Of a stretch of 20,000 nt of DNA, positions 9,777 to 20,000 are shown piece after piece; the stretch's first letter is position 1, and each line of letters begins with the position of its first letter. This DNA comes from Paramecium tetraurelia. Its lineage: Eukaryota. The notes beneath the pieces were generated by a model. That model worked only from the letters and a program-made list of their open reading frames with translations. It had not been told where the DNA came from and searched no databases. The position numbers and the translations under genes are program-made. The DNA lies in assembly GCA_000165425.1 (NCBI GenBank), contig CT868055.1:176302-196301 (forward strand), written 5' to 3'.

Positions 9777-12700
9777 TGACAAATTTGATATAAATTATTT
9801 TATTATTATATATTAAACAAATTCATATTTTTAAATTGAAAACCCCACAATTCATTCATTCAAATCAATTGCTAAATTCGATAGCTTATTTGAAAAGGGT
9901 GAAGTTTTTTGATTTCCACCTGGTAGAAATCTACCCCAACAAGAGTAACTATTAAGTTAAATTTGTAATAAAATTTTCTGATTTCATAAATAAATTCTAA
10001 AATTATAAAAATTTGCTTATGAATAACTGTTATCAATTCTTTATCAAGAAAGACCGAACTGAGGGATTAAATAAAACAATCCCGTTTCATTAATTCTGGA
10101 AGGAATTAAATAAACGAGTTGACTTTATAAAAAGTAAGCCAATACTTAATAAATATTTGTTAACTTTTAACTAATAAGAAAAATCAAGATTTTGTAAGCA
10201 TTAAAAAAGTTAATAATTAATTACTAAGAATAATTTATTGAATCAGATTCATAATATATCATCAAATATGCAAAAGTAAAAAATTGCTTGTAAATATAAG
10301 ATTGCAACACATAATTTTGCCATTAATTATTGTACATATGATAAACAATCTCAAACTCCAGTCGTATCATTTAATGAAATTTACAAAAAATCTTTGGGGA
10401 AACAATTATCTCAGTTTCTGAATTTTAAACATATAAAATTGAACTGAAAATAAAATTGGAAAAATAATAGCTTAAAATTACATTATTTTTCTAGATTTCA
10501 TTGGTAAATTCCAGGAAATGGCATTATAAGATTGAGGATGTATATTGATGTTGGATAAGTATTTAGATCAATTGAAAACCATATTCATTTCTTATATTTA
10601 ATCAATATTATCCATACCCACAAAAAGAGTATACTACTTTAAAGAATTCTTCAATTTCAATTAAGTAAAACCAGTACTATGGAAACGATCAATACTTTTA
10701 TATTGAAAAAACTTAGCCAATTTCTCTAAGTTGTAAAAACTAAGAAGGCAAACAGTTTTGTATTCGATTTCCATTATTTAGAGCCCAGGCACTTTTTTTT
10801 CCTTTTTAAATAGTTATGCCACAAATAATACGACCCATTCAATTTTATGATTAACATTCTTGAGGTTCATTTGAATTAGAATTATGAGAATGAATTTTGT
10901 TATTTGTCAATTGGTATTAAAAAATATTTGATCATATTTTTTTTAATTTGGTATTGAAAAAAAATTCAAAAATAAAATAAAAGCTTCTAATTATTATATC
11001 ATCATAAATTCGGTTGGTCATCATAATAATTTATCGAAATGTGACTGTTCTATTTTTTTGAATAATGTATATTTTTGAAACAATATCTCATATATTTAAA
11101 TATTCAATATACTGCTTATTATACCGATTGCGTGTTTTTTCGAAAAATACATAACATTAGATTAGTAGATTGGAAAAGTTTCAAATTATGGTATGGAACT
11201 TACAACCTTCATGACAATTATGTCTAATATTATTTGATTTTGAAAATTAGAGCATTTCTAAAACTCCATAAAAGATGAGGGACTATATTTAGATGATTGA
11301 TTAAAATGAGTTTTAAGTGGGAATTGATGATTACAAAACCTCAGTAATTATACTTATTTTTAATTGAAAACATAGAATTAAATCAATAAGTTTGAATGAC
11401 TAACTTCAATTATTTTTCAAATAAAATTAATTTTATTGGATAGTGATATGAAAAGATTGCAAGTTTAATTACTAAAGAGAATAAGGATTCTAAAAATTAC
11501 TGAATCTTAATATGATAATCAATATCTGTAGAAATTTAAATAGAATGAGTTATAATTTTAGTGACTCTTCAAATTAAAGAAATACTTAATAATTTAACAT
11601 AAAATAATTATATATAATTAAAATTTTAATATATTAATTAATATTTATAGTTATTTAATTTACATCGTTTCACATTCTAGCCTAAAATCCAAAATGCACG
11701 AAGAATTATAAATCTTAATATTATCCAATAATGGTACTACTTCTTTTAATTTGATTCTTTCTTCATTTTATCAACATAGTTTTTATGAAATTTGTATTCA
11801 ATTTCAACATAGGGTAATTTCTACTAATATATTGTATTCTTCTTTATATAAATCAACTTTTGCAAATTATTTCTATTTAGTACAATTTAGGAGATTTCAC
11901 TTTTCACATATTGGAATATTGGACATGACCTTCTCAATTGTTATTTTAATACGAATACTTATTATTATTAATTAATTTTCTTAATTTTGATAAATAAATA
12001 ATTTTTGTTTAAATTGTGAGTTGGTTGACAAATGATGTTTTGCATATTTAGTGTTGTTTACTTGTGTTGGTTTCTTTTATATAAAATTTCTCCTTTTTTT
12101 TTTAAAAATCAAAAAATTGACGGTTTAAAAATCAAGATTACAAGTTCAAAATAAAATGATAATTGATGGATTGAATAATTTCCTAAAACGCTTAGAAAGT
12201 TTGAAATGTACTATAGTTTTTGTAGGTAATTTTGTATTTTTTAAGACAATAAAAAAGTTGTAGTATTATTATAGAATTTAATCTACGTAGAATATTCGAC
12301 GTTAATAAAGTAAAAATGACAGAGACGGATAGAGAATCAAATTTATTTATAGTAAACGAAATATGGACATATTATTTTTGGCTCTTATTGCATTAGTAAT
12401 GGGGGATTGGTAAGTCTATTATAATGGTTTTCACTAATCAACCTATCTTTACTGTACTGCTAATACTTGCCCCTATTAATTCAAATATAGTGGAACATAA
12501 TCTAGTGCCCTATTTACAAATTGTACAAATCCTTTAGGAACTGCATTAGTTTTAAAATCTTCCTAAATGATGGCTACACTAAGCGAATAAGTCAACAACT
12601 TGAAAATAAATGGCAAAAATCATATTTTAAATTTTGATATATACTTTCTAACTTAGTGGAATGGGGATAGTTTGAAATTAGAGTATAAATCTTAAATCTA

Positions 12701-13975
12701 CTAGTTTTAATTTACCACATAAAATCCTTTATAATTTAATTCTGGAGGCTGTAATTCAAGTTAATATTAAGTGAAAACAATTAAGATAGCATTAGAATAA
12801 GTCACTTCTTTAGCGAATTTAAAATTCAGTATCGTTAACGAATAAAGCTTGGCTTTAATTAAAAATGTTCATTTTTCTTATTATTTATGTCATTTTACAT
12901 GTAAAACTTGTTCTGGAGATAATTATAATTAATGCACATCATGCTTTTTAGGTGCTAGCTTAACTGATGGTACATGTCGATGCCCCATCAGAACTGTTTT
13001 ATCTGGTGAGCCACCTTCTAATTATAAATGCATGAGCATTTGTTTGCTTGGATCTACAGATAAAAGAGAGAGATATTGCAAACCCTTCGAAATACAATAC
13101 GCGCTTTGGCTTTAGCTTTAAACTTATAGTTATTCATAGCTAATTAAGTGGAACATAATTTATGACCCTGCAAATTTAAGCAATAATAATAAAAAATTGG
13201 GACCCTTTTTCGGAGTTTTCAAAAATAATGAAGGAGCTTAAATAACAATTAGTACGAGTTAATTCTTCTATCCCCTTAGTGTATAAGTTTACGTTTTATT
13301 TTGTAACGCCACTCCAAGCAACTCTGGAATTTCAATTTATTTAAATTCGACATATTATTCTTCGTTTTATTATAATGGAGCCAATTTTGAAACAGATAAT
13401 ATGTAATTTTTTGCTTCAAATAACGTACCATTTAATGGATGCTAAACAGCTAGTTCGTATTTATTGTAAACAAATCTTTATGTAGAATAAGGAAATTTTA
13501 ATTTTTCAATAAAAGGAAATTTTACGTAATTAATTTATTATTTCTGATTTAGAAATTCAAATTCTGGATGGTACATTATTTATACTTTAATTGCATGCGC
13601 TTAATGCCCTGCATATTGTTTAAAGTGTGAAAGAGAATATGAATGTTCTATTTGCTCAAGTGGATATAAAATAACATCAGATAAAAAATGTGTCTTAAAT
13701 TGCCCCAAAGATTCATTATTCTCAAATAATATTTGCGTGAAATATGATTAAACCACAAAATGTATACTATTTGAAATATATTTAGATTCATAATATTTTA
13801 TGAGAAAATTCCTTGATTTTACAATTCCAGATAATTTACCTGAAATCTTTATTTTAGTGTCCTCAACAAGCAAGGATTTTTAGAAAGGGGATTTAATATA
13901 TTGGTCTTACATAACATCAAAAGCAGTATTTGGAGGATAATACGTTTGGGCAACCGCAAAATTTTCTTAAACGTT

Positions 13976-14005
13976 TATTGAGAATATTTGATTTATTGCC
14001 CTATA
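13976..14005. mobile_element. Candidate internal eliminated sequence (IES), 28 bp excised, TA-bounded
   Basis: Sequence TA-TTGAGAATATTTGATTTATTGCCCTA-TA. Removing it and leaving one TA restores ...AKFSQTFTIDKPHHSLSIYFD... and deletes an in-frame TGA. The ends read TATTG and TATAG inward, like the Paramecium IES end consensus TAYAGYNR. Confidence 0.7.
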
Positions 14006-15136
14006 CAATAGATAAACCACATCATTCATTAAGTATTTATTTTGATGCAATTTTTGGATGTAATTTTTAGAGTGGAGGAGGATATTTAATATACTCAATT
14101 AATACTACAGAAACTTAAGTGAATCAGAATAAAACAGTAATAATAAATATTCCATAATCTTCACCTACATTATTAATAACTTTCGAGTGTTTTGGATCAA
14201 ATAATAATGTTTAGGATAGATATTGTGCTTTATCTGATTATTAAATAGTCGTCCATTATTGTAGTCCATTTTGTTTAGAATGTTCTGATGAAAATACTTG
14301 CATTTAAATGGCAACTTTTGATACTTCAATTATTAAATTAGATCCTTCTCAATGTGGTCTTTAACAATTTCTCGATTATTAATATTTTAGATGTGAGAGT
14401 TGTCCTTCAGAATGTTTAGCTTGTTTTAACGAATATGAATGTACTTAATGCATTTATCCATATAAACTCCATATTACCAGATGTATATTAACGTGTTCGA
14501 CAATTTAATTTTTTAATATCCAAACTTAGTATTGTGAAGGTAAAACAATAAAAAATTTTAGACTGCAGTTTTAAATGTAAATAATGTAGAAATTCGAGAG
14601 ATTTCTGCATTCATTGTGAAGAATAACATTACCGTTATTTAAAACTAAATTAATGTATATGTTATGATGGATATTATGATGATAATACAGGGGGTAAATG
14701 TAGAGTTTGCAACAAATTATGTAAAAAATGTTATGGATCATCTAATGATCATTGCAGTCAATGTATTTAGCTCGATAAAATTGAGAAAAAAGGTGATGTT
14801 TGTGATTGCTAAGAAGGATATTATTTTGATGAATCTGGTTTTAAATGTAACTTGTGCAATTAAAAATGTAAGACTTGCTTTTCATCTCTTGATAATTCCT
14901 GTTTAAGCTGTAATCCTAATGAATACAGAAGTTTAAAGGGAATCTCGTGTATATGTTAATTAGGATATTATGAAGTAAGTGATATCTGTTAAACATGCCC
15001 ATCATCTGAAGATGCAAGTTTATATTAGTGTTACAAAAAATGTGGAAATGAAATACTTAAATGGCATAATTAACCATGTGACGTAGTTACTTGTTAGTAG
15101 GGTTTCTAGAATGTTAACAATGAATGCATCCCAATA

Positions 15137-17252
15137 TGTGGTGACTTATTATTAAAAGGTGATGAAGAATGTGAAGATGGAAATTAAGAAATTAATGATG
15201 GTTGCAAAAACTGTAAATTTTAATGCCCAAAATAATGTTTGACTTGTAATCATTTAACAGTTTTTCCTTGCCCAGATGTATGTGGAGATGGAATTACAAG
15301 TGGTCTTGAAGAATGTGATGATGGTAATAATATTTAATTTGACGGTTGTTATGATTGCAAGTTAGATTGCTAAGTTTAATGTACAAAATGTATAAGAGGT
15401 TTATGTTATGAATGTTTAACATATGGTTGGATTATCAACATTGATACACTGTAATGTATTGAGAACTGCGGAGATTCAATAGTTATAGGGTCAGAAGAAT
15501 GTGATGATGGATATAATCTGGACAAAAATGATAATTGCTTTTAATGTAAGCGACTCTGTAGGAATGATTGTAATACGTGTAGTTCAGATGGAAAGACTTG
15601 TTTGGATTGTAAAGTTGTTGGATTCAAACCTTAAAGCTATTTTTGTGTTAATATTTGTGGGGATGGGTACCTTGCAGTTGATCCCTTTGGTAGAAGTACA
15701 GAGGAATGTGATGATTTTGATTTAATTGCCAATGATGGATGCAGCACGACTTGTAAGTTATAATGTTAAACTTCTATTTGTTTGACTTGCCAGAGTGGAA
15801 AATGTTAAGAATGTGTTGATCATTATTACCTAGATACTAAAAGCAATAAATGTTTAGAAAAATGCAATGATAATGTAAAAATTGGAAATGAAAAATGTGA
15901 AGATATGAATACTTTACTTTATGATGGCTGTTATAACTGTTAATTATCTTGTCAACCTAGTTGTTTGAACTGTCAAATTAATGGTTGTTTGTAATGTTAA
16001 ATAGGATTCAGGTTGATTGAAAATAAATGCTAGAATATTTGTGGAGATTAAGTAATTGTTTCTGGGGAAGATTGTGATGACGGTAATATAAACCCTTTTG
16101 ATGGTTGTCATTTTTGTTAGTTTCAATGTGGTCCCAATTGCTAAGAGATATAAATCATCACTTTCATTAATATGTTAATTAGGATATAAAATATTTAATG
16201 GAATTTGTGGTATTTAATAGAGATAAAATATTTAAATTACCCAAAAAGAATAACTTTTAGAATAAAATCATTTGAGCTCATCATATATATAATATTGCAG
16301 CTATTATATCAATGAAATTTGTATTATTTGTGAAGAGCACTACTACTTAAATGCGAATAGGTCTAGATGTGAAAGTAAATGTGGAGATAATTACATTAAC
16401 GATTTTGAGTAATGTGAACACAATTTAATTTAACATAATATTATTTGTTCGAACTGCTAATTTTAATGTAAAGGTAATTGTAATTGAATGCTTGTTTGGA
16501 TTCGTGTCAAACTTGTGAATAGGACTATTTACCTGATTGAAAGAAACCAATGGATTGCCTACTTAAAGCTAAGTTGTGATCCTGAAGAAATGGTCTTTAC
16601 TACAATTATTTCTAATTAATTAATGTTACGCACGTATGTGGGAGAATGGTGTAAAAAATCTATCTATGAAGACTGTGAAGACGGTAATTTGGATCCATAT
16701 GATGGTTGTTTTGAATGTAAATATTCTTATAATCCTCTATGCCCATAATGTATCGCTGGAGTTTGTACAGATGATGGTACGGCATGCTAGAAAGGCTATT
16801 ATTTTGATTCATAAACTGTATCTTGTTTTAGTGCTTGTGGTGATGAAATAGTAGCAATTCCAGATGAAGAATGTGACGTGCTAAACTCTAGAAAATGATT
16901 AAATTGTAAATTAACCATAGATAAGAATTGTAAGAGATTAGATGAAAATAACTAATGCTTGACTTGCTTAGATGGCTATTTTCTAGAGGATGAATTATGC
17001 GAACCTAAATCAAATTAAACATGTGATATTCAAACTTGTATGATTTGTGAAAATAATATTTGCATCCAATAATTTACAGATGCTAATAAAAGTACTAATT
17101 ACAATAATAATAATAATACTTATTATTATAATAATCCTTTAGAAAATTTTATCCAAGCTAAATGTGGAGATGGGGATATCAATTAAAATGAACTATGTGA
17201 TGATGGCAACTTAATCGATGGGGATGGATGTGATTCAGACTGTTAACCTTCA
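15137..17252 (+). repeat. Array of about 10 protein-level CGD-x-EECDDGN-x-DGC Cys-rich repeats
   Basis: Units begin near 15137, 15281, 15467, 15656, 15863, 16040, 16380, 16637, 16836 and 17163 (e.g. CGDGITSGLEECDDGNNIQFDGCYDC, CGDGDINQNELCDDGNLIDGDGCDSDC). Confidence 0.85.
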
Positions 17253-18938
17253 AAAAATAGCATTTGCTATTTAAATGAATGTATTTAAATCTATCATCCT
17301 GTCCCTTAATTGAAATTTGTTAAATCAATTGAGAACTGCTAAATTCTTTCTTTAACTTATGATTAGAAGATCAGACTTTCTCTTAATAATACATTAGAAT
17401 AATACTTAAACTCATTATCTGGTTCTGTCGTAAACACTAAAGTAAATGTTTCAATTGAAGCAAATATTAAGCCATCTTAGGAATTAGACTATGCTGAAAT
17501 AATAATACAGATTTTGTATTTAGAAAGAGCTGTTGATCCCATCTTTATTCTAGATTTTCTTGATCTGAGCATCATCATCAATGAATAAGAATTAGAATAA
17601 GAATATTAACAAATATAGATGTAGTTAGCATCTCCTAATCTTTTATCAATCGAAGAATAAAGGACTACTGGGTCTATCATTTTATTTAGTGAGTATCAAC
17701 TATAAATTATAGCTGGATTAGTACTAATATCATCTTTAAGTGGAAAATTTTAAATAATATGTAAATGTTATATTATTACAAATATATTAATATTATCAAG
17801 GGATAAAATTTGATAAAATTTTTTGACACGTTTAAAATAATTTAATTAGCAAACTTTTATGAATTTATTGGATTTTAACCCTAATCCTTTATTTTTTTCG
17901 ATGTATCTTAGGAAAATTCACCATCAATCTTCGAAGATGATGGAAGAAGCTCAAATTTTTTGAGTGCTTTTTTAGAAGTATTCTCTATTTTTTTCTTAGC
18001 CTATTTCAGCCATTTATTCTCCTAAATAATAATTAAAAAACTTCTAAAGTGTATTTCATAATTTAATACTGAAAGCCCAAAACTTTATTAATTAAAAGTA
18101 TTGAAGCAATTAACAAAAATTTGCAAGAAACATTATGGAATTTAATTTAAAGCATAATTTAAAGTTATATTCTAATCTCTTATTTATGAATATGTTATTA
18201 ACATGATGTTATCATTTCAATATTAAAATAACTACAATTTATAAGGAATAATAAGTTTGACCCTAAAGATTATGTTACTAATCTTGATAATTTAATATTT
18301 AATCAACAAATAGAATTAAAGATTTAGCGAATTTTAGTATACTTACAGTTGTATACAAAAGATAATTTTTAGTATAATTTTAGTAGGATGTTTTGAATGT
18401 CCAATAATTTAAATATAGCTTTGTGCTATCAACGAACTATGTTATTTTTCATTTCTTTTTATTAAACGAAATGAATTAGAAAAATTTGAAGGTTTTAAGA
18501 AGTAATTTAAGCATTTAACGTTTTTCTTTATGAATGTGATTTATTCGATTCATGAATTTTCTAAAAAAAATCCGCCGAATTTGATTACTCTAGGATGGAT
18601 CTAAATTGGAATTATGAGTTTTAATTTAAGCACTCTACTTTGATATTAGATGTATACGTCTTGTTAAAGCCAGCCTTTTTGAAAATTGTTCAAGCTTGTC
18701 TTCAAAAATATTGTGATTAGTAAAATAAAAGATTTGCAAATTATCAACTTTTCGAGTTTAGGGGATACAAACACCATCAAGCAATCAGCAATCCAAAGAG
18801 TGTTTTATAAATGATAATGCTTATGTCTGCTAAGTTAGAAAATTAAAATATATATTAAATAGAATCTTTTATATTTTATTAATATTTTAATCTTTATAAT
18901 TTGAATCAATATATATTATTTACTAATAGTAATATTTA

Positions 18939-18965
18939 TAATAATAATAATAATAATAATAATAA
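18939..18965. repeat. (TAA)9 microsatellite between convergent gene ends
   Basis: Perfect 27-nt trinucleotide run, read directly from the sequence. Confidence 0.9.
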
Positions 18966-19079
18966 CTATAAATGTCAATTAAAAAATTATCATTATTCTA
19001 ATTTTCAGTTTTAATTTATATTTAAAAAGAGATTTCTTGCAAAATAAATTTAATGGGATGATATAATCATTGATTTTAA

Positions 19080-20000
19080 TGCTTTCTTACTTATATTTCT
19101 CTTTACTATCATCATCATATGTTATTAAGTAATCTCCATACCATAAATGTAACCAGTTCCAAACTAAATTGATTAATTAGTCACTAATTCTTGAATCTCC
19201 ATTTACCTCATGATATTTATATGATAGCAATTTTATTGAGCAAAACAGAATTTTGATTTAATATATTTTTGAGGAAAGTATATTTAAACAACGTCCTGCT
19301 TTACTGATGCTTGCTTGTTTTTTAAAAATTACAAGTATATGTCATCAATTTCAAAAATGTGCATCTGTTCTTTGGATTTCAGCTAAAATGTAACATTTAA
19401 TCATTTATTAAGCATAATCTACATCCACACTAATTAACGAATCATGGTCTATATTTACTTCCCAAATTTAACCATTAACTAGTTATTAATAGATTATGAT
19501 AAAATTCTCTCCTTAAGCGCATGATATTAGTTATTTGATGAATAATTTAAACTAATGCAATTAACAGAATTGTTATGAACAGTTAATATTTACAAGCACT
19601 TCCATGATGATTAAGCATTCTTATCCCAAAATCTGATGGCTTAGTAACTATTTCCAGAAATAATAAGTACCTCATTCCTATACAATTGACATTATCATTG
19701 TGTCCTTTTAATTATATTTGAAAATCCATTCGACACTTTCATCTAAATTCCATAAATAATTGATTTGTCCCCTACTCATAAAAGAAATCTATAAGACGTT
19801 TACATAAAAGATAAGCAATAAATAAAGAGTTATAATTGTGTAATTCTTGAAGCACATTCAATTTTTCATGTTTGAACTCAAACACTTTTATTTTTTACAT
19901 GAAATGTATCCAGCTAACCTTTAATGAAGTCGTAGTATTCAAAGCAAAAGCATACATATCATCATCTTTATTTAATTAACCAATTCATATTTCAAAGTTT
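19080..20000 (-). pseudogene. WD40-repeat pseudogene; 5' part lies beyond the window
   Basis: Fragments KVFEFKHEKLNVLQEL, KGHNDNVNCI, LIISGNSYQAIRFWDKNAQSSWKCLQILTVHNNSVNCISLN and ITYDDDSKE, joined only across several frameshifts. Confidence 0.75.

Larger units (their letters stand above)
12363..18814 (+). pseudogene. Giant Cys-rich membrane protein gene: signal peptide, furin-like/growth-factor-receptor repeats, Myxococcus-type Cys-rich (DUF4215-like) repeats and a multi-TM C-terminus; interrupted as written
   Basis: ATG 12363 (MDILFLALIALVMGDW), introns 13526-13552, 13762-13785 and 14540-14561. CxxxCxxC repeats, about 10 CGD...EECDDGN...DGC repeats, hydrophobic helices at ~17680-18680. Lesions: 28-bp insertion at 13976, frameshift ~16150-16172, insertion cluster ~16480-16660, TGA 16896-16898, frameshifts ~17760 and ~18630. 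The end is approximate. It may be an intact gene with assembly errors. Confidence 0.8.

Noticed and set aside
11751..11975. 74-aa plus ORF
   Set aside because: TTG start, low-complexity AT-rich sequence, no motif, and it ends in TAA, which is not a stop here.
16142..16181. Third IES explaining the +1 frameshift
   Set aside because: Frame-restoring TA pairs give 25, 31 or 34 bp with poor ends, and the site adjoins an error-rich stretch.
14664..16851. ORF-track ORFs 14664-14906, 15501-15725, 15944-16126 and 16636-16851
   Set aside because: Off-frame or antisense shadows of the Cys-rich gene.
1..20000. CRISPR arrays, rRNA/tRNA genes, transposase or prokaryotic systems
   Set aside because: No spaced DNA repeats, structured RNA signatures or transposase motifs seen by eye. 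The repeats present are protein-level or microsatellite.

Overview
AT-rich ciliate nuclear DNA, most likely Paramecium. Genes read through only if TAA/TAG encode Gln and TGA is the stop, and they carry 22-36 nt GT..AG introns, so the supplied ORF track is mostly fragments and shadow frames. From left to right: a 7TM-receptor/PIP-kinase fusion gene (GPCR-PIPK, minus, cut by the window edge); an unresolved degenerate coding-like stretch; an SK-like K+ channel (plus); a pseudokinase (minus); an H-type-lectin-like protein (plus); a ~6.4 kb Cys-rich membrane-protein gene with several lesions (plus); and a WD40 pseudogene (minus). The most notable signals are the intact GPCR-PIPK with its linker motif and a 28-bp TA-bounded insertion in the giant gene that behaves like an unexcised germline IES. 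A weaker second IES candidate lies in the pseudokinase. All translations were done by hand and no database search was run.
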